The translations under genes were made by a program, and so were the position numbers. From the NCBI GenBank assembly GCA_963664405.1, contig OY761158.1:832001-896000 (forward strand): a stretch of 64,000 nucleotides of DNA, given 5' to 3'. This stretch comes from Thermoanaerobaculia bacterium. GTDB lineage: Bacteria; Acidobacteriota; Thermoanaerobaculia; Multivoradales; Multivoraceae. Positions 31,926-42,369 of this stretch are shown here, one piece after another (the first letter of the stretch is position 1; each line of letters opens with the position of its first letter). Under the pieces are notes generated by a model. That model was given only the letters and a program-made list of their open reading frames with translations. It had not been told where the DNA came from and searched no databases.

Positions 31926-34900
31926 ATGTACCCGCTCACCGAAGCCATCACGACCGTCCTCCTCACGGTCACCGCTTCGGTAGCAGCACCAGCCAGCGAG
32001 GCGGCGCCAACCGTCGACTTCCAGAGGGACGTCCGACCGATCCTCGCCGACAACTGTTTTCAGTGTCACGGCCCCGACGAAGCTGCCCGGCAAGCGGGAC
32101 TGCGGCTAGACACCCGCGACGGCGCGTTTGGCACTCGTGCGCCTTCTGGGCGAGCCACACGGCCGCGCGGGCCGGCCGTGGTGCCGTCAGACGTCGATGC
32201 GAGCCTCCTGCTTCAACGCATCAAGCACGCCGACGCCCATCGCCGCATGCCTCCGGCGGTGTCAAAGAAGGCTTTGGCAGAGGAGCAGATCGAGATTCTG
32301 CAGCGCTGGATCGAGGAGGGCGCCCCCTGGGACCAACACTGGTCCTTTTCGCCCATCGCGCGACCCGCCCCGCCCGCGGTCGAGAACATCGCCTGGGTCC
32401 GCAATCCACTCGACCGTTTCGTTCTCGCAGGTCTCGAGGCCGAAGGTCTGGAGCCGGCTCCTGAGGCGGACAAACCCACCCTGGCCCGCCGCGCGGCGCT
32501 CGATCTGACCGGATTGCCGCCCGACCCGGGGACACTGGCGACATTCCTCGGCGACTCGGCCGAGGGCGCCTACGAGAGGCTGGTCGACCGCTTGCTCGAG
32601 TCCCGCCACTGGGGTGAGCACCGTGCCCGCTACTGGCTCGACGCCGCACGCTACGGCGACACCCACGGCATTCACATCGACAACTACCGCGAGATGTATG
32701 CCTATCGCGATTGGGTGATCAGGGCCTTCAACCAGAACAAGCCCTTCGACGAGTTCACCGTCGAGCAGATCGCCGGTGATCTGCTGAAGGACCCGACCCT
32801 CGACCAGCTGATCGCGACGGGATTTCAGCGCAACAACATCACCACCAACGAAGGCGGCGTGGTGCCGGAAGAGTACGAGGCGATCTACGCCAAGGATCGC
32901 GCCGAGACCATCGGCGACGTCTATCTGGGCCTGACCGTCGGCTGTGCCACCTGCCACGACCACAAATTCGACCCGATCTCGCAACGCGAGTTCTACGCCA
33001 TGACCGCGTTCTTCACCAACACGACCCAGTACGTGATGGACGGAAACGTGTCGGACCCACCGCCGATCCTGGTCGTTCCCCGAGACCAAGACCGCGACGC
33101 CTGGTACGAGCTGCGTAAGGAGGCCACCGACGTCGAGACCGCCTTGGTAGCTCGCCAGAGCGCGGTCGATACCGTGCTCGAGGAGTGGCTCGAGGAGGGT
33201 GCGTATCGCGAGCTGCTAACTCCTCTCGAGACCTCCGCCGAGATCCTCTCCTTGGCCCTGGAGGACTCGGAAGCCCCCTCGGTGATCCTCGAGGGCGAGC
33301 TTCGGCCGATCACCCTACAACCGGGCACAACCCTCGAAAGGGGTCCGCGGGGCCACCCGGCCCTGATGTTCGAGGCGGGGGCCTGGGCCGAGCTGCCACC
33401 GCTCGAGCTCGATACCTCGACACCTTTCTCGATCGCACTGTGGCTCTACATGCCGGAAGACGAGGGCTCTTACGCCGTCGCCGGCCAGTACGACCCCGAC
33501 GATGGCCTGCGCGGCTGGTCGCTCACGATCGGGTCGCGTCAGCTGTCGTTTCGCATCACCGGCGCCAGCACCACCTCGATCAGGCCGATCAACACCAAGC
33601 GGTTGGAGACCGGCCAGTGGACGCACATCGTCGTCACCCATGACGGCTCCGGCGAGCGGGCGGGTCTGCACATCTATAGCAATGGCGGCCGGGTCGAGGA
33701 AGAGGGCAGCGAGTTCTTCAAAAATGCCGGAGGCAGCATCCTCACCGACCGGCCGCTCTACCTGGGTCGGGGCGACCTGAGCGGTGACGAAGACACTCGC
33801 TACTTCGCCGGCGGGGGCATCGCCGACTTACGCGTCTTCAATCGGGTGCTGTCGGTCCACGAAGCCAGGGTCGTCTCCCAGGGGTCGACGCTCGCAGCCG
33901 CCGCCGCGAAGTCGCCCGAAGCCCTGACGTCCGAGGAGCGTGAGGTGTTGAGGCTGCGCTACCTCAGCACCGAGGACGACGAATACCGTCGCCTGGTCGC
34001 GCGCAGAAGGGAGATCAACCGCGAGTGGCGAGAGCTGAGACGGCGCGGATCGATCACCCATGTGATGCAGGAGCTCCCCTCGAGCGAGGCCGCAGCCCAT
34101 GTCTTGTATCGGGGTATGTACGACCAGCCCCGCGAGCGGGTGGTAGCAGGAACACCTGCCGTACTGCCGCCGATGCCGGCCTCACTGCCGCGCAACCGAA
34201 TGGGGCTTGCGCAGTGGCTCGTCGACGACGCCAACCCCCTTGTGAGCCGGGTCACCGCGAACCGCTTCTGGCAGCAGGTTTTCGGCTCCGGACTGGTTGC
34301 CACAAGCGACGACTTCGGCGCCCAGGGAGAGGTACCCTCGCACCCCGAGCTCCTCGACTACCTGGCGCTCGAGCTCCGCGACTCGGGCTGGGACACCAAG
34401 AAGCTCTTTCGCACCCTGGTGACCTCGGCGACCTACAGGCAAGCTTCGAGCACGACGCCCGAAAAGGTGGCGCTCGACCCCGACAATCGCCTGCTCTCGC
34501 GCGGGCCGCGATTCCGCATGGATGCAGAGATGGTGCGCGACTACGCACTCGCGGCCAGCGGCATCCTGGTACGGACCATCGGCGGCCCGAGCGTCAAGCC
34601 TTATCAGCCGGAGGGCGTCTGGTCGAGAGTGGCGATGAATCAGAGTAATACCAGCCGCTATCAGCGAGACACGGGAGACAACCTCTACCGGCGCAGCCTC
34701 TACACATTTTGGAAGCGCGCTGCGCCCCCTCCCTCGATGACGATCTTCAACGCCCCCAGCCGAGAACACTCGACTGTGCGTCGGGAGCGCACCAATACCC
34801 CGCTCCAGGCGCTGGTCACAATGAACGACATTCAGTTCGTCGAGGCGTCGCGTTTCCTTGCCCAGCGCTCGATGCGAGAAGCCGGGGACGATTTCGACCG

Positions 34901-35141
34901 GCGGCTCGACTACGTCACGACCCGGCTGCTTGCGCGAATTTTCAGCGACGCCGAGCGCGCCATTGCAAAACGGACCTACGACGGACTCGTAGACATCTAT
35001 GGAGCGGATGAGGCCGAAGCGCGAAGTCTCTTGGAGGTGGGTGAGTCGCCCTACGATGCCGCCCTGCCGGCCAAAGAGTCGGCAGCCTGGACCTTGCTCG
35101 CCAGTCAGTTGATGAACCTGGACGAGGCTCTGAACAAATAA
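31926..35141 (+). CDS. planctomycete cytochrome c / DUF1549 / LamG / DUF1553 (PSD1) protein
   Basis: VRPILADNCFQCHGPD, WLDAARYGDT, GCATCHDHKFDP, SHPELLD, RTNTPLQAL. Confidence 0.92.
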   Translation: MYPLTEAITTVLLTVTASVAAPASEAAPTVDFQRDVRPILADNCFQCHGPDEAARQAGLRLDTRDGAFGTRAPSGRATRPRGPAVVPSDVDASLLLQRIKHADAHRRMPPAVSKKALAEEQIEILQRWIEEGAPWDQHWSFSPIARPAPPAVENIAWVRNPLDRFVLAGLEAEGLEPAPEADKPTLARRAALDLTGLPPDPGTLATFLGDSAEGAYERLVDRLLESRHWGEHRARYWLDAARYGDTHGIHIDNYREMYAYRDWVIRAFNQNKPFDEFTVEQIAGDLLKDPTLDQLIATGFQRNNITTNEGGVVPEEYEAIYAKDRAETIGDVYLGLTVGCATCHDHKFDPISQREFYAMTAFFTNTTQYVMDGNVSDPPPILVVPRDQDRDAWYELRKEATDVETALVARQSAVDTVLEEWLEEGAYRELLTPLETSAEILSLALEDSEAPSVILEGELRPITLQPGTTLERGPRGHPALMFEAGAWAELPPLELDTSTPFSIALWLYMPEDEGSYAVAGQYDPDDGLRGWSLTIGSRQLSFRITGASTTSIRPINTKRLETGQWTHIVVTHDGSGERAGLHIYSNGGRVEEEGSEFFKNAGGSILTDRPLYLGRGDLSGDEDTRYFAGGGIADLRVFNRVLSVHEARVVSQGSTLAAAAAKSPEALTSEEREVLRLRYLSTEDDEYRRLVARRREINREWRELRRRGSITHVMQELPSSEAAAHVLYRGMYDQPRERVVAGTPAVLPPMPASLPRNRMGLAQWLVDDANPLVSRVTANRFWQQVFGSGLVATSDDFGAQGEVPSHPELLDYLALELRDSGWDTKKLFRTLVTSATYRQASSTTPEKVALDPDNRLLSRGPRFRMDAEMVRDYALAASGILVRTIGGPSVKPYQPEGVWSRVAMNQSNTSRYQRDTGDNLYRRSLYTFWKRAAPPPSMTIFNAPSREHSTVRRERTNTPLQALVTMNDIQFVEASRFLAQRSMREAGDDFDRRLDYVTTRLLARIFSDAERAIAKRTYDGLVDIYGADEAEARSLLEVGESPYDAALPAKESAAWTLLASQLMNLDEALNK

Positions 35142-35155
35142 CCCGGAGGAGTCGG

Positions 35156-36622
35156 ATGAGCCCATTCAAAGAGGTCCTTCGAGCGGAGACCCGGCGCCAG
35201 TTCTTCGGCACCGCGGCCCGGGGGATAGGCGGCCTCGCGCTCGCCAATTTGTTGGCTGAAGACGCCTACCCCCTTCCCCACACCGAAGAGAGAGTCGGCG
35301 GTCTGCCGGAGCTGCCGCACTTCGCCCCCAAAGCGAAGCGGTGTATCTACCTGCACATGATGGGTGCCCCGCCGCAGATGGACCTGCTCGACTACAAGCC
35401 GAAGATGAAGGACTTCTACGACACAGACCTGCCCGACTCCATCCGCCAGGGGCAGCGTCTCACGACCATGACCTCCGGGCAGTCGCGCTTTCCGATCGCT
35501 CCCTCGGTATTCGAGTTCTCGCAACATGGCGAGAGTGGCGCGTGGTTCTCCGAGCTCCTGCCCCACACCGCGTCGATGGCCGACGACATTGCCGTCATTC
35601 GATCGATGCACACCGACGCGATCAATCACGAGCCAGGCATCACTTTCATTCAAACCGGTCAACAGATCCCGGGTCGGCCTTGTATCGGCTCCTGGTTCGC
35701 CTACGGCCTCGGCAGCATGAACGAGGACCTGCCCACTTTCGTCGTCATGAACGCCGAGCGCAGCCACCCTCGGGCAGGCCTACAGGCGATCTCGGCGAAG
35801 CTGTGGAGCGCCGGATTCCTATCGCCGGAGTACGCCGGAGTGGGGCTGCAGACCGGAACCGAGCCCGTGCTCTACCTCAAAGACCCCGCCGGAGTGTCCA
35901 CCGATGCGAGGCGCCGAATGCTCGACGGTTTGGGGGAGCTCAACCGACTGCGCTACCAGCAGGTTGGTGACCCCGAGACCCTCGCGCGCATCGAACAGTA
36001 TGAAATGGCCTTCCGCATGCAGTCATCGGTGCCCGAGATGGCCGACCTGTCCAGCGAGCCGGCCAGTACTTTCGAGCGATGGGGCGAGGAGGCCAAACAA
36101 CCCGGCAAGTTTCAGAACGCAGCCCTGATGGCCAGACGACTGGTCGAGCGTGGAGTGAGATTCGTGCAGATCTATCACCGGGGCTGGGACGTGCACTCGA
36201 TTCTGCCAACCGTTCTGCCGGCGCAGGCCCGTGACGTCGACCGCGCCGCCTGGGCGCTCGTCCAGGACCTCAAGGAGCGCGGTCTCTTCGACGAAACTCT
36301 GGTCATCTGGGGAGGCGAATTCGGACGCACGATTTATTCACAGGGACGACTTACCGCGACCGACTACGGCCGCGATCACCATCCTCGCTGCTACAGCCTG
36401 TGGATGGCCGGCGGCGGAGTCAAAGGCGGAGTCGTCTATGGTGAGACCGACGACTTCTCGTACAACATCGTCAAAGATCCGGTCCACGTCCGCGACTTCC
36501 AGGCCACGATTCTCCACCTCTTCGGCATCGACCACGAGCGATTCACCCACAAGCACCGTGGCCTCGATGCCCGATTGACCGGCGTTGAAGAAGCCCGAGT
36601 GGTACACGAAGTGTTGGCCTAG
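35156..36622 (+). CDS. DUF1501 protein (Tat signal)
   Basis: TRRQFF, HFAPKAKR, ERGVRFVQ, GGEFGRT, GRDHHP; usual partner of PSD1 genes. Confidence 0.92.
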   Translation: MSPFKEVLRAETRRQFFGTAARGIGGLALANLLAEDAYPLPHTEERVGGLPELPHFAPKAKRCIYLHMMGAPPQMDLLDYKPKMKDFYDTDLPDSIRQGQRLTTMTSGQSRFPIAPSVFEFSQHGESGAWFSELLPHTASMADDIAVIRSMHTDAINHEPGITFIQTGQQIPGRPCIGSWFAYGLGSMNEDLPTFVVMNAERSHPRAGLQAISAKLWSAGFLSPEYAGVGLQTGTEPVLYLKDPAGVSTDARRRMLDGLGELNRLRYQQVGDPETLARIEQYEMAFRMQSSVPEMADLSSEPASTFERWGEEAKQPGKFQNAALMARRLVERGVRFVQIYHRGWDVHSILPTVLPAQARDVDRAAWALVQDLKERGLFDETLVIWGGEFGRTIYSQGRLTATDYGRDHHPRCYSLWMAGGGVKGGVVYGETDDFSYNIVKDPVHVRDFQATILHLFGIDHERFTHKHRGLDARLTGVEEARVVHEVLA

Positions 36623-36624
36623 CA

Positions 36625-36752
36625 TCCTACGGAAGTGATCGGTATCACTTCCTTCGGATGCCGAACATGGCGCCGAGGACGGCGCATCCTGCGGAAGTGA
36701 TGAGTATCACTTCCTTCGGATGCGGAATATGGCGCCGAGGACGGCGCATCCT
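36625..36752 (+). repeat. 2 tandem REP-like units, cut off by the MITE
   Basis: GGAAGTGAT-N4-ATCACTTCC + GGCGCCGAGGACGGCGC. Confidence 0.88.
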
Positions 36753-37164
36753 GGATCTGCGGGGGCATTTGAACGAAAACTTACGGTTCCGGTCGCTCGG
36801 AGGTAGTGGCCAGTTGGTCGGTCCCAATTGCCCAGCCCTTGGTACGGTTCCGCGTTCTTCGCCTATCGTGTTCGTTATCTTATCTAGCTTCAAGAAGAGC
36901 GTGTTGGGCTAGTGTAGTCCGACCTTGAAACCGCACCCGAGCCCTCTGGCTCCTGAGTATCAGGCGCTACGCGTCCCGGTCACCGCTCTCATGAGGCGCC
37001 ACGAACGAGGACTGCTCTGAACAATCCAGGGGGTGATCGGCATGAGTGAAAACCGTCCTCCTCCGGAACGCTTTCTCTCGGGCCGCCAGCGACGCCACTC
37101 GGTTGCGGGAACGAACTCGAGCGACCGGAACCGTAAGTTTTCGTTCAAATGCCCCCGCTGGTCC
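36753..37164. mobile_element. 412-bp MITE, copy 1
   Basis: 47-bp TIRs (45/47) GGATCTGCGGGGGCATTTGAACGAAAACTTACGG...; near-identical copy at 62113-62524. Confidence 0.88.
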
Positions 37165-37462
37165 AATACGCACAAATCAATGTATCGCCATGCACCTTCC
37201 ACTAGAAAAGGTGACTGCAGCGAGAGCCCTGGACGACTGCTAGCCTTAGGCCACTGATGGTCAGGCTCGGTTTCGCCCACCCCCCAAACTCTGCATGGCC
37301 CTACTGCTGAGAGCTGTGTGACAGCGAAAGGGTGTTGATTTGAGCGAGCCGACCCCCGTTCCCGTCCAAGAATTCATTGTCACCCATCGGCAAGAGCCGT
37401 CTACAGCTGGCCCACTCGATACCCTTGAGCAGGCAGCGAAGATCTTGTCTCTGCTTGGGGTA

Positions 37463-37683
37463 TCAGGCCCGAACGAGCGGGAGTCGGGCTCCTCCAGGCT
37501 GACGTACTGGTGATTCGCGAAGCACGCCTTGACCAGGGTCGTCTTCCCCGATTGACGCGGACCGGTCAAGGTCACTACCGGGTAGTGGCGTGCGCGATCT
37601 CTGAGAACGAGGCTGAGGGCTCTGGGAATCGTGGCGCGTCTCCTTGGTAGGGGCTGCCTGGTGTCGACGTGCCGAAGTATCAT
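37463..37683 (-). pseudogene. AAA+ ATPase (DUF4143-type) N-terminal fragment
   Basis: YPVVTLTGPRQSGKTTLV...YVSLEEPD, then similarity is lost. Confidence 0.75.
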
Positions 37684-37733
37684 GTTGATTGAACTTCAAA
37701 AATTCAATTTACAAGATTTGGCCTCCAGACGAG

Positions 37734-37768
37734 AAAAAAACACCGGCGGCCGCCGCCACCGGTGTTTT
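37734..37768 (-). terminator. intrinsic terminator of the TonB receptor gene
   Basis: AAAACACCGG...CCGGTGTTTT stem with A7 run (U7 on minus), ~35 bp past the stop. Confidence 0.75.
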
Positions 37769-37803
37769 GGGATCTCAGCTGAGCCGATCGTGCTTCGACG
37801 TGC

Positions 37804-40494
37804 TCAGAATCGGATACCGAGCTTGAGGCGATACTCCCGCGTGAACTGGAAAGTATCGAGGCCGGTTCGAGGTCGGCCGTTCCTGATGTTGATCCGAATC
37901 AGAACCTGCTCGTTGGTGACGTTGGCAACCTCGCCGCCGATAATGCCTTGCACCCCACCCCTGATCGGGAACTGGTAGGTGGCATTCAAGTTGAGCGCGA
38001 AGTAGTCCTCGAGCTGCTGGGTGCCTCTCTGCTCGCTGAAGGTGCTGGTGTTGATGGTCTGGCCGGACACCGGGTGCGCAACCTGGGTGGAGGGGTGCAA
38101 TGCCCAGGGCTCGCCGGCGGCCGCACGCAGGCTAGCACTGGTCATGACGTCATGCTTGCCGAACGGCCAGCGCTTCATGCCGATGACGTTGACGACGTGG
38201 TCTCGCTGGTAGTCGATGGGTCCGTACCACAAGGGGCCACTGGTGGGATTGACAATCCCTGTTGAAACCTCGACGCCGCCGAAGCCCTCCAAGTGGTTGT
38301 CGTTGTCGTTGCTGGAGATATTGTTGCCTTCGCTCCAGTCCCTCAAGTAGTTCATCTGCAGCGACCAGTTGTCGCGAAACGCACGGTTGACCTGGAGCAC
38401 GATGCCCTCGTAGTCGCGTTGGTTTTGCGGCCAGTTTCTCAGGTCGCGAACGACTGCGCCCTGCTCGTCGTACTGCAGGCTGGCGTGGAACATGTTATCC
38501 ATCTCCCACGTGGTCACGCGCGAGGTGAAGACCCAGTTCCGGGCGAACTGCCAGTCGAAGCCCACCGAGATCTCGTCCTTGTAGAAGGGGTCGACTTGGG
38601 AGTCCAGGGGGTCACGGGCCTCGATGCGGCGCTGAAAGATATCGTAAAGCTCCGTCGCGGGATTGTACCGGAACTGGTCGTATACATTCCTACCATTGGC
38701 GCCCGAGGTGAACTCCGTGAAGACGACACCGAGGCCGATGAAGTCGTAGTAGCGCCCGGCGGATGCCCGCACCAGCATCTTGCCGTCGGCGTTGATGTCG
38801 TAGACCGCCGACAGGCGCGGCACCACCTTGTCGTAGGACATGACCTGCTCGCCGAGATTGTTGTCGATGTCCTGGGTGTCCTGGCGTAGGCCGAGGTGGA
38901 AAGTGAGCTTGTCACCGACCGTGATTCGGTCCTGGACATAGGCGGCCGTCAAAAAAGTATTGTACTCGGTGATGCAAGGGGTTGGGCAGTCGTAGACCCG
39001 TTTGTTGCTCGGGCGCTCGTAGCCACCGGGTAGGCTGCGGCCGTAGCCGCGGCCGCGATACGCGGTTCCGATGCCTACCGACACCCCATAATAGACGTCC
39101 TGGACGTCGAAGCCGCCCTTGAGCTCGTGGTTGCCCTTGAAGTAGGTCACCGAGCCATTCGCCTGATCGCGCGGAAAGTCGTTCCCCCCAGACCCGTTGC
39201 CCCCCCCGGGACCGTTGTAGCTAAAACCGGTCGCGAGATCGCGGTAGTTAAAGTCGTTGCCGTCGGGTGTGTCAGGAGACGCGCCGGGAAGGATCGGGGC
39301 TGGCTCGGCCCCCACCCGCGCCGTGTTGAGGTCGCGTTGGGCGGCCTTGACCTCGAGGAACGCCGAGTTGGTCATGGCGAAGCTCCAGGTCAGGGTCTCG
39401 ACCCTGTTATTCCACTGATTTCCTATGACCGTGTAGATGTCGCCGGCTCCCCCGGGTGGGTTGTTCCGGGCCGACGGGGAGTCGATAAAGGTAAACGTAA
39501 GCTGGTGGCGGCTCGAAGGCTGGGTGTTGAACTTGCCGATCATCGGCCTCATTTCGCGGTTGGTGTTGTACGCCGAGCCGTCCGGCAGCCTGTCGAGATT
39601 GTTGTCATTCATTTCGTTGTAGGAGGCGAAGAACCAGGCCTTGTCGCGCCAGATCGGGCCACCGAGCGAGGTCTCGAAGCTGTTGATTTGGTCGTCCGGG
39701 CGCGGGGTCCCGAGCCAGTTCTCGGCGCGCCATGCCGGGTTCTGGCCGATATAGAGGAAGTCGCCGTGGAAGTTGTTGGTGCCGGTCTTGATCGTCGTGT
39801 TCTGCACCCCGGCGATCCCTCGGCCGTACTCGGCGTCGAAACCGGCGGATTCCATCTTGTTCTCGGCGATCACGGTCGACGGCATATAGAAGCTGATCTC
39901 GCCGCCGCGACGATTGTGGGAGATGTCGACGCCCTCGAGGAAGTTGACGGTCTCTTGGGCGATGCCACCGTTGACCCCGGCTGAATGATCGCGCTCCTGG
40001 CTTAGTGACACCACACCGGCCATCAGCCTCATGTTCGACCTGTAGCCACGCGTGGTTTGGGGGACGTGCTCGAGCGTCTCTGCCCCGAGGGTGGTGGTGG
40101 CGCCGGTGTCGTACTTCGAGATCAGCGCCGCCTCGGAGGTGACGGTGATGGTCTCGGCAGTGGCGGTCCCGAGCGTGAGGTCGACGTCCTGGCGCCGCCC
40201 CGGGTCGAGGACGACTGCGTGCTCGGCTGAGCCCAGGCCCTCGAGGTTGGCGGTGACGTTGTAGGTACCCGCCTGGAGAAGGGCGAAGCGATAGTCGCCG
40301 TCGGCGTTGGTGATCTCGGTCCTCGGGTTCTGAGGGCCGGTAAGAGTCACGGTGACGCCGGGCAGGCCGCCACCCTGGGCGTCGGTTACGGTGCCGTCGA
40401 TGGTCGATGTCTGCGGGCCGTCGGCCAGAAGTGGCAACGCGCAAACGGCGATGGCGATGATCCAAATAGAAGACCTAAGGGCGGTGGCTTTCAC
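37804..40494 (-). CDS. TonB-dependent receptor (Oar-like, N-terminal carboxypeptidase-regulatory domain)
   Basis: Signal peptide, GTVTDAQGGGLPGVTV, AEYGRG, KTGTNNFHG, SLGGPIWRDKAWFF, C-terminal GIRF. Confidence 0.92.
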   Translation of the reverse strand: MKATALRSSIWIIAIAVCALPLLADGPQTSTIDGTVTDAQGGGLPGVTVTLTGPQNPRTEITNADGDYRFALLQAGTYNVTANLEGLGSAEHAVVLDPGRRQDVDLTLGTATAETITVTSEAALISKYDTGATTTLGAETLEHVPQTTRGYRSNMRLMAGVVSLSQERDHSAGVNGGIAQETVNFLEGVDISHNRRGGEISFYMPSTVIAENKMESAGFDAEYGRGIAGVQNTTIKTGTNNFHGDFLYIGQNPAWRAENWLGTPRPDDQINSFETSLGGPIWRDKAWFFASYNEMNDNNLDRLPDGSAYNTNREMRPMIGKFNTQPSSRHQLTFTFIDSPSARNNPPGGAGDIYTVIGNQWNNRVETLTWSFAMTNSAFLEVKAAQRDLNTARVGAEPAPILPGASPDTPDGNDFNYRDLATGFSYNGPGGGNGSGGNDFPRDQANGSVTYFKGNHELKGGFDVQDVYYGVSVGIGTAYRGRGYGRSLPGGYERPSNKRVYDCPTPCITEYNTFLTAAYVQDRITVGDKLTFHLGLRQDTQDIDNNLGEQVMSYDKVVPRLSAVYDINADGKMLVRASAGRYYDFIGLGVVFTEFTSGANGRNVYDQFRYNPATELYDIFQRRIEARDPLDSQVDPFYKDEISVGFDWQFARNWVFTSRVTTWEMDNMFHASLQYDEQGAVVRDLRNWPQNQRDYEGIVLQVNRAFRDNWSLQMNYLRDWSEGNNISSNDNDNHLEGFGGVEVSTGIVNPTSGPLWYGPIDYQRDHVVNVIGMKRWPFGKHDVMTSASLRAAAGEPWALHPSTQVAHPVSGQTINTSTFSEQRGTQQLEDYFALNLNATYQFPIRGGVQGIIGGEVANVTNEQVLIRINIRNGRPRTGLDTFQFTREYRLKLGIRF

Positions 40495-40702
40495 GATTGT
40501 CTCCTCCAGAGTCTTGCGACCCGGTTGAGTCGGGGTCTCTTGAAAGGAGGCCGCCGCCGGGCCGCGCGATGGAAACTACTAACTTGCCTAGAGACTCTCC
40601 CTATCTAAAGACACACTGTGCCTACTTGGCGGTGGTTGACGACGAACAGACATACAGTATACACAGGATACTAACGATCTCTACCCTAGCCTTAGAGCAA
40701 AA

Positions 40703-40756
40703 ATCATACCAACTACATATTGTGTGTAAGAAGGTCGTAGATACTATATATTGTGC
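40703..40756 (-). promoter_or_regulatory. sigma70-type promoter with two tandem NrdR-like boxes
   Basis: CAACTACATATTGTGT (40710-40725) and ATACTATATATTGTGC (40741-40756), 31 bp apart; minus-strand extended -10 TGGTATGAT. Confidence 0.65.
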
Positions 40757-40979
40757 TTTGGCCGAACGGCTCTCTATAAAATTGAATCAGCAGTTCAATG
40801 AATTGGATACTATGGCGTTTTGGGTACGGGAGGAGAGGTGAACATCGACTCAGCTGATAACTCAAACCTTGTTGAAACTGACGTCGGCGCCGAGTATATT
40901 TCAGGCAGTCTGTGGGACTGAGGGTCGAACAGCGGTGCGCGAGGTAGGAGCCTGCTTGGCAGGAGAATGGGGGTGAGCA

Positions 40980-41364
40980 GTGGGAGGCCAGAGAGAGTCA
41001 AACCTTCGTGAGCGCAAGCACAGGATCCTCGACGCAGCGGCGAAGCTGATTGCTTCGGAAGGCGCTGAAGCCTGCACCATGCGTAGGCTTGCGCGTGCCG
41101 CGCAGCTCGATGTGGTCACCCTTTACAACCACTATGGATCAAAGGAAGAGATCCTGGAGGCGCTGCGAAGAAGCGGCGCTCGGTCGCTTCATCGACGTTT
41201 CGAGAGGCTGACTGAAACGGAACCGCTCGATCTCATTCGCGCCATCGTCAAAGTGTCGCTTTTGGAGGGGGCAGCACCGATCGATGTGGCGCGACCCAAG
41301 CTCCTGCCCAGTTCTACTTCGCGACGACTGCACGAAGGACCGTTCCTGGCGGCGGTCAAGGAAC
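40980..41364 (+). pseudogene. TetR-family regulator truncated by a Tn3 end
   Basis: RILDAAAKLI...TMRRLARAA...TLYNHYGSKEEIL; Tn3 IR starts at 41365. Confidence 0.8.
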
Positions 41365-41477
41365 GGGGGTCGAGGAACAATGGAACGGAAACGCACACTA
41401 AGGGGGCACTCCCCAGGGTTCGATACCGTTGCTGGGTGCCTGTTGACTTCCTCAGTGACGACCAAGCGGCGGCATAG
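41365..41477 (+). mobile_element. Tn3-family end relic (38-bp IR + first tnpA codons)
   Basis: GGGGGTCGAGGAACAATGGAACGGAAACGCACACTAAG then VPVDFLSDDQAAA*; homologous to 59083/61128 onward. Confidence 0.78.
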
Positions 41478-42065
41478 GCGACGGCGGAAGCCATGGCTCT
41501 CGATGGCGTCAACCGCGACACGGTGAAGGTCTTCGTCATGGACAAAGAGTTCACGGTCTAGCAAGGCCAAGCACCCGCACAGGCGCTCTAGCACCTATCG
41601 ACGGGTGATGCGCCAACGCTTCTCCGGGTCCTTCTCGATTCGAGACACCGGCTCACTAGCCAGTCGAGCCGTTCAGGTGTCCGTGCGTGCTTGCGCGACG
41701 GCGGCTCGGGATCTGAGGGCTGACTACAGCGGGCTAATCAGAGGCCGATTCACGGTGTCGTGATCCACCGTATAAAGCGACACGCAGGCTCGCAGATCCC
41801 CGTGGATGCTGGATTTCTCGAGCGGCCAAAGGTGAAAAGGCGACACCGTGTCGCCTTTTTTGTAAAGGTGCGACACCTCCTGCTTCCAAAGGTGGGGTGG
41901 GAGCCTATCGTCGCGGGAGTTGTCGAACGATTGCCTTGATAGCTTCGGCAATCTGTTTCGGTTCCTGGCGGGCGTCGCGCTTCTCGGCTCTTACTCGTTG
42001 TCGATCGAGGTGGGCCTGGAGCTCCTCGAGCTCTGGAGGCCTGTCCTTACTCGGAAGAGGCGACT

Positions 42066-42206
42066 TCACCACTTCTCCGCAAACTCATCGACGACGTCCT
42101 GGCCAGAGAGATTGAGATAGATCATCGTCGTCTCGATCCGGTCGTGGCCCAAGGCCATCTGTAGAGCTCGAAGGTTGATGCCCTTCTTCAGTGCGGTCAC
42201 GGCGAG
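42066..42206 (-). pseudogene. tyrosine recombinase C-terminal fragment
   Basis: Hand translation AVTALKKGINLRALQMALGHDRIETTMIYLNLS...EKW*. Confidence 0.8.
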
Positions 42207-42207
42207 C

Positions 42208-42327
42208 CATCGCGGTCCCACACCACCCTCGATCCATCAACATCAGCTCACGCACTCCATACCAGCAGGGGCACATCATGTTGCAGCTGCAGGTCTCGAT
42301 CATCTGAATCTCGAGCTCCATGGTCAT
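42208..42327 (-). pseudogene. DUF1326-like N-terminal fragment
   Basis: IETCSCNMMCPCW...GWC, abruptly joined to the integrase fragment. Confidence 0.6.
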
Positions 42328-42369
42328 GAACGCGGCTCCTCTCTGATTCGAGCAGGATGCTGGGATTTG

